A DNA stretch of 64,000 nucleotides from Dehalococcoidia bacterium (GTDB lineage: Bacteria > Chloroflexota > Dehalococcoidia > SM23-28-2 > RBG-16-64-32): contig CAXXTF010000002.1 in the NCBI GenBank assembly GCA_963665775.2, positions 768,001 through 832,000 of the forward strand. The letters run 5' to 3'. Positions 18,783 to 26,598 of the stretch are shown here, in pieces. Position numbers and translations under genes: made by a program. The notes under the pieces are model-generated. The model saw nothing but the letters and a program-made list of their open reading frames with translations. It was not told where the DNA came from and ran no database searches. How positions within the stretch are numbered: the first letter of the stretch is position 1; the number at the start of each line of letters is the position of its first letter.

Positions 18783-19009
18783 AATCCCCTCTCCAGAGAA
18801 ACCTATTGTTCCGGAGCCCGCAATCTCCGATGTATCGCCATCGAGCTTTCATTATGGTCTGCTAATGTCATCTGTATGTCAACCACAATACAGCCCCAGA
18901 TCGTGAACACTCTCCCACAGCACATGAAACGCCGACTCCTGATGCTATACTAATATCACGCATAGACACCGAGCCTGATGGAAATATTCCCCTCGATCAG
19001 TGAACGCAA

Positions 19010-19023
19010 TTAGGCTCCGCTAA
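19010..19023 (+). promoter_or_regulatory. Candidate DtxR/MntR-family operator (autoregulation)
   Basis: TTAGG-CTCC-GCTAA near-palindrome in the leader of the DtxR-family gene, downstream of TGCTATACT extended -10. Confidence 0.4.
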
Positions 19024-19049
19024 CAGCGAGGTTTGGAGAAAGGGTACTC

Positions 19050-19742
19050 ATGACACATCCCACCACAACCGTTGAGGACTACTTGCAGTGCATCTTCAGC
19101 CTGGAGGGCGAGGCCGAGACCGTTATCTCGGCCCGACTCGCCCGCCGCATGCGAGTGACCCCCCCGACAGCCTGGGCCACGGTGCGCCGCATGGCTCGCG
19201 ACGAACTCGTCACCCTGGACGACAAGAAGGTAATTCACTTCACGCCCAGAGGACAGGAGCTGGCCGAGGACATCGTCAGGCGGCACCGCCTGGCCGAACG
19301 GTTCCTCTGTGACGTCCTCGGTCTCGGCTGGGCGGAGGCCCACGAGGAGGCTCACATCTTCGAACACGCCATCACGCCCCGGCTGGAGCCCGGCATCTTC
19401 GCCCTGGCCGGCAACCCCACTACCTGCCCCCACGGCAGCCCCATTCCCGGTACAGACGGGAGGGTCGCAACCGACCTGGTGCCCCTGAGCACCCTGGCGG
19501 CAGGCGACTACGCCACCGTCGAGTTCATCTCGGAGGAGCTGGAGGAAGACCCGGAGCTGCTGGGCTACCTGGAGCGAGGGGGAGTCGTACCGGGAAGCCG
19601 TATCCGGGTGGTGGAGGTAGCGCCCTATACGGGAGTGGTCATCCTGGAGCAGGACGGCACCCAGGTACCTCTAGGGCTCCCCGTCGCCGCCAAAATAAGG
19701 GCGCGGCGTCAGGCTCAGCCCACCCCCCCATCATCTGTTTGA
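19050..19742 (+). CDS. DtxR/MntR/IdeR family metal-dependent repressor with FeoA-like C-domain
   Basis: EDYLQCI, RRHRLAERFL, HEEAHIFEH, CPHGSPIP. Confidence 0.92.
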   Translation: MTHPTTTVEDYLQCIFSLEGEAETVISARLARRMRVTPPTAWATVRRMARDELVTLDDKKVIHFTPRGQELAEDIVRRHRLAERFLCDVLGLGWAEAHEEAHIFEHAITPRLEPGIFALAGNPTTCPHGSPIPGTDGRVATDLVPLSTLAAGDYATVEFISEELEEDPELLGYLERGGVVPGSRIRVVEVAPYTGVVILEQDGTQVPLGLPVAAKIRARRQAQPTPPSSV

Positions 19743-19767
19743 CGGCCACACGACCCCATGCTAGACT
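19739..19767 (+). promoter_or_regulatory. Sigma70-type promoter for the split-metE pair
   Basis: TTGACG-17 nt-TAGACT with TG extension. Confidence 0.6.
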
Positions 19768-19888
19768 GACGTAGCTCCTGGCCTGATGGGCCGTCGCAGC
19801 CGCGACAAGGTCGCTGCGGCGGCCTGCTTTATCGGTGCGCACGGCGATCCTTCCTGAACGAGGGCCAAGTCTGAGATCGACGACTCCT

Positions 19889-20863
19889 ATGCTTACCACC
19901 GTTGTCGGCAACTACCCCAAGATCCCCAACCGCCCGCGACCGGCCCGCTTGCGCCAGGCCATCGCCCGGCTGGACCGAGGTGAGATCACGCCCGAACAGC
20001 TGGCCCAGGTCGCTGACGAGGTCACCATCGACGTGATCCAGGAGCAGGTAGAGGCGGGAGTCGACCTCATCTCCGACGGCCAGATCCGCTGGGATGATGA
20101 CCAGACGTACCTCATGAGGCGGCTGGCCGGCGTGAAGATCGGCGGCCTTATCCGCTACTTCGACACCAATACCTACTACCGGCAGCCGGAGGTAGTGGGG
20201 CCCCTCTCCTGGCAGGAGCCCACCCTAGTGCGCGACTACGAGTTCGCCTCCCAGCACAGCCCCAAGCCGGTGAAGGCGATCCTCACCGGACCGTTCACCC
20301 TGGCCGCCCTGTCGATGAACAGGCACTACAGCAGCCTCCGTGAGCTGGTCCTGGCCCTCGCATCCACACTCCGTAACGAGATGCTGGCCCTGGCCCAGGC
20401 CGGAGCGCCCCTCATCCAGATCAACGAGCCGGCCATCGTCCGACACAAGGAGGACATAGCTCTGCTGACAGAGGCCATAGGTCGGCTAGTGGAAGGTGTT
20501 CAGGCGGAAACCGCCCTCTACACCTGGTTCGGCGATGTGAACGGCATCCTGCCACCCCTCCTCGACCTCCCCGTCGACACCATCGGCCTGGACTTCGTCG
20601 GCGGGCCGGACAACTGGGCCGCCCTGCAGCAGGTGCGGTTCGAGAAGAAGCTGGGGTTCGGCATCATCGACGCCCGCAATACGAAGCTGGAGTCCCTGGA
20701 TCAGATCGAGGGTGCGATCCGCCGCGTGACCGCGTTCGTGCCGGCCGAGCGGCTGTACGTGAACCCATCCTGCGGGCTCGAGTACCTGCCGCGAGAGGCG
20801 GCCCGGGAGAAACTGAAGAGGATGGCCGACGGCGTTCACCGCGCTCAAGGGGTCGCGGTCTAG
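19889..20863 (+). CDS. MetE-like barrel lacking Zn ligands (N-terminal-half homolog of split MetE)
   Basis: TTVVGNYP, SDGQIRW, RYFDTNTYYRQP, LTGPFTL; HxC replaced by YTWFG. Confidence 0.8.
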   Translation: MLTTVVGNYPKIPNRPRPARLRQAIARLDRGEITPEQLAQVADEVTIDVIQEQVEAGVDLISDGQIRWDDDQTYLMRRLAGVKIGGLIRYFDTNTYYRQPEVVGPLSWQEPTLVRDYEFASQHSPKPVKAILTGPFTLAALSMNRHYSSLRELVLALASTLRNEMLALAQAGAPLIQINEPAIVRHKEDIALLTEAIGRLVEGVQAETALYTWFGDVNGILPPLLDLPVDTIGLDFVGGPDNWAALQQVRFEKKLGFGIIDARNTKLESLDQIEGAIRRVTAFVPAERLYVNPSCGLEYLPREAAREKLKRMADGVHRAQGVAV

Positions 20864-20908
20864 CGCCTGATGACAGAGTTCCGCGTCCTATGAAGCCGAT
20901 AAGAGACC

Positions 20909-20927
20909 CCCTTCGAAAGGTTCAGGG
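20909..20927 (-). repeat. Family-A hairpin, intergenic
   Basis: CCCTTCGAAAGGTTCAGGG. Confidence 0.65.
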
Positions 20928-20985
20928 CGGACCTCGCTGTCCGGACGGGCCCGTCCGGGCGCCCGGAGTGACAGTGCGGCCCGCA

Positions 20986-21036
20986 GTCATTCTGGCCCCT
21001 TCAGGCCCTGTCATTCTGGGCGCAGCGAAGAATCCC
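20986..21036 (+). repeat. Family-B REP-like element (GTCATTCTGAGCGCAGCGAAGAA type) with an extra partial head
   Basis: GTCATTCTGG..TGTCATTCTGGGCGCAGCGAAGAATCCC; matches 36283 and 46518. Confidence 0.75.
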
Positions 21037-21085
21037 GGTTCCCGCCCGAACTACGACGGCTCTATTCACTAGCATCGGAGGCGAG

Positions 21086-22078
21086 ATGCCAGGCTTGCTG
21101 ACCACCGCCGTCGGGAGCTACCCCCGGCCCGACTACTTGACCCGGGCCCGCAACCAATTCTCCCAGGGCAAGTTAAGCCGCGAGGAACTCCAGAAGCTGG
21201 AGCGGCAGGCGACCGAGCACTGGATTCGCGCTCAAGAGCGGGCTGGCCTCGACATCCTGGTACACGGCGAGATGGAGCGGGGCGACATGGTCGCCTACTT
21301 CGCCGGCGAGCTCGGCGTCAGCCTCCTCGACGGCATGCGGCTCGGCGGCCTCGTTCGCTCTTACGGCAACCGCTACTACCACAAGCCGATCATCGCTGAC
21401 AAGCTCCGCTGGCCGGGGCCCATGACCGTCGACATGTGGCGCTTCGCCCAGGGGCTGACGGAAAAGCCGGTGAAGGGGATGCTCACCGGCCCCTACACCA
21501 TGGTGGACTGGTCCTTCGACGAGCACTACCCTTCGCGACGGGAGGCCGTCCTGGACATGGCCCTGGTCATCCGCCGCGAGGCGGAGGAGCTGGTGAAGGC
21601 GGGCGCCCGCTACGTCCAGGTGGACGAGCCCGCCGCCTCCACCCGGCCCGATGAGATGGGGCTGGTCTCGGAAGGGCTCGGCGTTGTGACCAAGGGCCTC
21701 GGCGCCAGGACCATCACCCACATCTGCTACGGCGACTTCCAGACCGTCTTCGACCAGCTCATAGACCTCCCGGTAGACCAGATCGACCTGGAGATGACCA
21801 ACAGCGACTTCGACCTGCTGGAGTTGGTCCGCCGGCACAAGGGCGAGTTCCGTAAAGAGCTGGCCATGGGCGTCGTCGACGTCCACTCCCACGTCATCGA
21901 GAACGTAGAGCAGGTGAAGGCCAGCATCGTGAAGGGGCTGGCCGTGCTGCCGCCCGAGCGGCTCTACATCGACCCCGACTGCGGCCTCAAGACCCGCACC
22001 CCGGAGGAGGCCGAGGCCAAGCTCCGGGTCATGGTGGAGGCCGTCCGCCAGGTCAAGCGCGAGCTGGCGATAGAGTGA
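21086..22078 (+). CDS. metE: Cobalamin-independent methionine synthase catalytic (Zn) domain
   Basis: HGEMERGDMV, VRSYG, KGMLTGP, HICYG, E, DPDCGLKTR. Confidence 0.88.
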   Translation: MPGLLTTAVGSYPRPDYLTRARNQFSQGKLSREELQKLERQATEHWIRAQERAGLDILVHGEMERGDMVAYFAGELGVSLLDGMRLGGLVRSYGNRYYHKPIIADKLRWPGPMTVDMWRFAQGLTEKPVKGMLTGPYTMVDWSFDEHYPSRREAVLDMALVIRREAEELVKAGARYVQVDEPAASTRPDEMGLVSEGLGVVTKGLGARTITHICYGDFQTVFDQLIDLPVDQIDLEMTNSDFDLLELVRRHKGEFRKELAMGVVDVHSHVIENVEQVKASIVKGLAVLPPERLYIDPDCGLKTRTPEEAEAKLRVMVEAVRQVKRELAIE

Positions 22079-22106
22079 GCGCTGCCGAAGCCAGTAAGCC
22101 CACGCG

Positions 22107-22136
22107 TTGACCGCCCGCCCCGTCGCCTGATAGAAT
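22107..22136 (+). promoter_or_regulatory. Sigma70-type promoter for acyl-CoA synthetase
   Basis: TTGACC-18 nt-TAGAAT with TG extension. Confidence 0.5.
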
Positions 22137-22210
22137 CGCCCTCGGAGTTCACGCGCACCTGAAAGTCGGACGAGGGCCATCCCACGGCCCTCGCTCTGTG
22201 TGAGGCACGG

Positions 22211-23728
22211 ATGGCGGGACAGGAAATCGAAGCTCCCACCGAGGGCGGGACCGCAACCCCCTCCACAAGTCCAGGGCAAGCCCTGGACTACATCTTCCAC
22301 CCCCGCTCTGTGGCCGTCGTCGGCGCCTCGCGCGCTCAGCCGGGCGGCCCCGCCACTAACTTCGTAGTGACCCTCAAGAAGATGGGCTGCCCCCTCATCT
22401 ACCCCGTCAACCCCAAATACCAGGAGCTCGACGGCCTCAAATGCTACCCCAGCCTCCAGAAGATCGAGGGTCCGGTAGACCACGTCATCTCCAGCGTGCC
22501 CGCTCACATCGTCCCCCAGCTCGTGGAGGACTCCATCGCCAAAGGGGTGAAGACCATCCATCTCTTCACCGCCGGCTTCAGCGAGACGGGCGAAGACGAG
22601 CGCGCGGCGCTGGAATCGCGGCTAGTCGCTCGCGCCAAAGAGGCGGGAATCCGGATCCTGGGACCCAATTGCATGGGCCTATACGTGCCCCAGTCGGGGC
22701 TCTCCTTCACCCTCGGTTTCCCCAAAGAGCCTGGCTCCGTCGGCCTCATTTCCCAGAGCGGTGGCAACGCCAGCGAAACGGTGATCAGCTCCGCCGTACG
22801 CGGCATTCGCTACTCCAAGGTGATAAGCTACGGCAACGCCGCCGACATCGATGAGAGCGAGCTGCTGGAGTACCTGGCCTGGGACCCGGAGACGGAGATC
22901 ATCGCCGCCTACATCGAGGGGGTCAGAGGCGGCCGCCGCTTCCTCCCCGCGATGCGCGCGGCGGCCGCGACCAAGCCTCTGCTGGTGCTGAAGGGCGGCC
23001 GCACGGAGACCGGCGCCCGCGCCGCCTACTCCCATACGGCCAGCCTCGCCGGCTCCATCCAAATATTCGACGCCCTCTGCCGGCAGGTCGGCGCCGTGCG
23101 CGCTGGCAGTGTGGAGGAGCTCGTGGATCTCATCGTGGCCTTCCGTTGCCTGGCCCTGTCCGCCGGCAGCCGCTGGCTCCCGGCGGGGCCCCGGGTGGCG
23201 GTGGTTGGCGCCGGCGGCGGCTCCAGCGTCTTCGCCGCCGATGAGATCGACGAGGCCGGCCTGCGTTGTCCCCCCCTGCCGGAGCGTACCCAGATCAGCC
23301 TAAGAGAGTTAATCCCCGTGGCCGGCACCAGCATTCGCAACCCGGTGGACGCCACATCCATCTCGGAGCCCTCCAACCTCGGGCAGATCATGCGGCTGGC
23401 GGGCCAGGCGGAGAACATAGACCTGGTCATCTATCACCTCAACATCGGCTGGGGCTGGAACCTCTCAGCCCGTAACACTACCGGCGGCGACCCCGACCAA
23501 CGGGCCCACCCGATGATGGACGCGATTCTGCGGGCGCGAGAGGCGATCGCCAAGCCGATAGTGGTAACGATACGCTCGCCCCTGGACGTTAGCGGCATGG
23601 AGCGAGCCCTCGCCTTTCAGGAGAACTGCTGGCGCGCCGACATCCCGGTCTTCCCCTCCCTGCCGCGAGCGGCCAACGCCGTCGCCAAGCTGCTACGCTG
23701 GCAGCAAGGTCGAATGGAGGTCGAGTAG
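22211..23728 (+). CDS. NDP-forming acyl-CoA synthetase alpha (CoA-binding) subunit
   Basis: PRSVAVVGAS, GPNCMG, SQSGG, GNAAD, SHTASLAG (phospho-His); no ATP-grasp domain. Confidence 0.88.
   Translation: MAGQEIEAPTEGGTATPSTSPGQALDYIFHPRSVAVVGASRAQPGGPATNFVVTLKKMGCPLIYPVNPKYQELDGLKCYPSLQKIEGPVDHVISSVPAHIVPQLVEDSIAKGVKTIHLFTAGFSETGEDERAALESRLVARAKEAGIRILGPNCMGLYVPQSGLSFTLGFPKEPGSVGLISQSGGNASETVISSAVRGIRYSKVISYGNAADIDESELLEYLAWDPETEIIAAYIEGVRGGRRFLPAMRAAAATKPLLVLKGGRTETGARAAYSHTASLAGSIQIFDALCRQVGAVRAGSVEELVDLIVAFRCLALSAGSRWLPAGPRVAVVGAGGGSSVFAADEIDEAGLRCPPLPERTQISLRELIPVAGTSIRNPVDATSISEPSNLGQIMRLAGQAENIDLVIYHLNIGWGWNLSARNTTGGDPDQRAHPMMDAILRAREAIAKPIVVTIRSPLDVSGMERALAFQENCWRADIPVFPSLPRAANAVAKLLRWQQGRMEVE
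22258..22282 (-). repeat. Degenerate family-A hairpin in N-terminus of acyl-CoA synthetase (PSTSPGQA)
   Basis: CCCCTCCACAAGTCCAGGGCAAGCC vs CCCTTCGAC-AA-GCTCAGGG core. Confidence 0.55.
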
Positions 23729-23871
23729 CGGGCAACCGGCCCGGCCGGGTATTGACTGCGCCCTGAACACCGGCAAACTAGTGGTTGGAGGTTGCCTGGC
23801 TAACGCGGGAGGTCCCAAACGTTGGCATCGGACTCTAGGGGGGCATCTCCCCTGAAAGGTGGCCGTTCGCT

Positions 23872-25422
23872 GTGGGCAAGCTAGTGATGCTTCACCTTCC
23901 TCGCCTCGTGGATTCGCGAGCCCTGATCCTGACTGCCACCGTCCTCGCCCTGCTGCTGATGCGGCCATTCAGCGGCAGTCAAGCCGAAGCGGTCGTGACC
24001 AACCCCGGCTTCGAGTCGAACAGCCTCTTCGCCTGGACTACGGGCGCCACCCAGGAGGGCGTGTTCGTCGTGGGCACCGACGTCATCAACGCCGCCGAGG
24101 GGGTCTTCCAGACACCCTTCGAGGGTAACTTCATGGCTCGCCTGGGCAACACCCAGCCCTCGGCCGCCGAGACCCAGCCGCTGGGGCCGAACGAGCTGAT
24201 TCAGGACTTCATCATCGCCGGCCCCAGCGTCAGGCTCGCCTATAACATCTGGACATACGACGTTACCGGCTTCGACAGCTTCTCTGTCGAGCTGCTTCTC
24301 GTCATACCGAACGAGGTAATCTACACCCTTAGCGAGCAGGCCTGGAGCTCCTCCCCCCAGGATACCTCCCGCAAAAGCACCGGCTGGCGAGTCCTCAATA
24401 TCCCCGTCTCAACCCAGCAGCAGGGCCAGTTGGCCCGCCTGACCATCAGATCTGGCGGCACCGTCGATAACCGAAACGCCTTCTGGGCCTACATCGACTC
24501 CGCGGCCGCCGCCCTCCCCCCCACCCTCGTCGACACCTCGGAACTGGAGGTCAACGGCTACCATCCTAGAATCGATCAGGCGAGCGGTAACGTGCATATC
24601 ACCGCCCTGCCGGGCTCCCCGCCAATTCATATCGAGGCGCCCGTACTCTGCCCGGAGGGCGGCACACCCGATCCCGTTACCGCGATCTTGGCGACCCGCC
24701 CTCCCCTCACCGTAGTGCCCTTGCTGAGGGGGATCAACAATCTCTGGGAAGGCGACATCCCCATCCCCTCGGAGGCCGATACCGGAGCCAGCTGGCCCCT
24801 CGCCTTCCTCCTCCTGTGCGACGGCGTAACTGTGCCGGCTACCGTAGGCACCGTCACTTTCGTCGAGCCCAGCGGCCGTGTCACCGACGCCCAGACCGGC
24901 GCCTCAATTCGGGGGGCGACGGTCACCTTACAGCGTCTGGACGGCAGCACTTGGGTCACGGCGAACCCCTTCGCCCTCCTTGCTGGTAGCCCCTCAGTGA
25001 ACCCGCAGGTGAACCCCCAACTCACCGGCGGCGATGGCCGCTTCGGCTGGAACGTCGCCGCCGGCTCCTACCGGGTCATAGCCACCGCAGCCGGCTACCT
25101 TGGCCAGATCAGCGCCCCCGCCACAGCGCCCCCTCTCTCGGACCTCAACGTGGCCCTCGTGCCGCTATCGGCCACTCAAGCCTGGGACGTAGACTGCGAT
25201 GGCGACGTCGACGCTGTCGATTCCCTCAAGCTCCTGCGCCACATCGTGGGCCTCTCGGTGAGCCAGACCGATCCCTGCCCGGAGATCGGCAGCCCCGGCG
25301 CCGCCGTGTTTGGAGATGTGGACTGCGACGGCGACGTAGACGCCGTCGACTCCCTGAAGATGCTGCGAAACATCGTAGGCCTCCTGCTGATCCTGCCCCC
25401 CGGCTGCCCGCCCCTAAACTGA
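23872..25422 (+). CDS. Secreted protein with carboxypeptidase-regulatory-like domain and C-terminal dockerin-like EF-hand pair
   Basis: Signal peptide; SGRVTDAQTGASIRGATVTL, NPQLTGGDGRFGW; 2x DVDCDGDVDAVDSLK.LR.IVG. Confidence 0.75.
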   Translation: MGKLVMLHLPRLVDSRALILTATVLALLLMRPFSGSQAEAVVTNPGFESNSLFAWTTGATQEGVFVVGTDVINAAEGVFQTPFEGNFMARLGNTQPSAAETQPLGPNELIQDFIIAGPSVRLAYNIWTYDVTGFDSFSVELLLVIPNEVIYTLSEQAWSSSPQDTSRKSTGWRVLNIPVSTQQQGQLARLTIRSGGTVDNRNAFWAYIDSAAAALPPTLVDTSELEVNGYHPRIDQASGNVHITALPGSPPIHIEAPVLCPEGGTPDPVTAILATRPPLTVVPLLRGINNLWEGDIPIPSEADTGASWPLAFLLLCDGVTVPATVGTVTFVEPSGRVTDAQTGASIRGATVTLQRLDGSTWVTANPFALLAGSPSVNPQVNPQLTGGDGRFGWNVAAGSYRVIATAAGYLGQISAPATAPPLSDLNVALVPLSATQAWDVDCDGDVDAVDSLKLLRHIVGLSVSQTDPCPEIGSPGAAVFGDVDCDGDVDAVDSLKMLRNIVGLLLILPPGCPPLN

Positions 25423-25456
25423 TCGCCCCACGACCCGACGGGAGGCGACCCGCAGG

Positions 25457-26536
25457 CTAGCGGCGAGCCCGGATGCGTCTCGCCAAGACGACTGAGCCGC
25501 CCACAAACCCCGCGGCGGCGGAGACTCCTACCACCAGCGCCGCGATCATCCCGGCACTCATGCCGTCGGCGGTTGCCGTCGTCGGCGTCACCGGCCCCTC
25601 TCGCTCATCCGATGAGGCCCCTGCCTCCATTACGGCCGTCGTCGGCGCCGCCGGCCCCTCTCGCCCATCCAATTAGGCTCCTGCCTCCGTTACGGCCGTC
25701 GTCGGCGCCGCCGGCCCCTCCAACCCCTCAGGCGAGGCCGCCGTCGCCAGCGCCTTCGAGATCACGCTATCGAGCCCCTCAGTCGTCGCGAAGTAGTAGG
25801 GCGTACGATCATCGCCCGCGTAACCACCGGACCAAAAGCGCCCCCTACGACCATCGGCCGGAGGAGTGTAGAATCCCAGCACGCCGCCGTAGCCGGTGCC
25901 GTTCACCTTGCCCTTCAAATTGATGGTGAGCGACCGCGACTCGTCCGTCGGCACCCGCGGCGAGCGGCTCACCGTCTCGATCAGCTGGCGCACGAACGCC
26001 TCGGCCTCCGCTCCGCTCAGCACCCCGCCGCCCGGCGATACGGTGTAGGTCATCTCGAACAGGTGCCTCGCCCGGAAGTCGGCGGCGATGGGACCGACTT
26101 CCAGTTGCCCCTTCGCTCCCAAGGCCAGAGCATCTTCGGTGGACGCGTCCAGGAACGCGGCCAATTCCAGCGATAGACTGAACCAGCGACCGGTCGAGCG
26201 CTCATGGATCATCTGGGCCTCAGGATAGTAACGCAGCTTCGGGCCGCCGTTAGCTAGCTGATAAGGCACGCTCAGAGTTCCCCCGGACTGGTACAGATCA
26301 TAGGCCAGGGACGGTAGCGGCTGCGGCGCGTCCACCTCTCGTGCATCAGAGCCCGGCAGCTCTTCTACCCATTCCCCACTCTCCGTGATGCCGTAGAACT
26401 GGTAGGCGTATGCGCCCAGCTCGCCGCCAGCAATGATGTAGCTGGGCGACTTGGCCACCGCGCTTCCGGCAGGCAGCGCCAGCAACGCGACCACCAGAGC
26501 GATCACAAACCGTCGCACGTTCATATTTCCATCCAC
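25457..26536 (-). pseudogene. Secreted protein whose linker and C-terminal TM anchor are cut off by an in-frame TAA (25673-25675)
   Basis: ORF 25673..26536 (signal peptide) continues in-frame as 25457..25672 (repeat, hydrophobic helix, RRIRARR). Confidence 0.7.
25575..25720. repeat. 60-bp tandem repeat, ~2.5 units
   Basis: GCCGTCGTCGGCG..CCGGCCCCTC recurs at 60-nt period. Confidence 0.9.
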
Positions 26537-26598
26537 GAAGCATTATACAGCGCCTGGCCAGCGCCGGTATCGCAGTGTCGGCGGTGAGAACGGCTCTT

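Noticed and set aside
23752-23871. c-di-GMP-I riboswitch upstream of the dockerin protein (GGCAAAC)
   Set aside because: Rest of the consensus is absent; GGCAAAC overlaps a likely -10 box downstream of TTGACT
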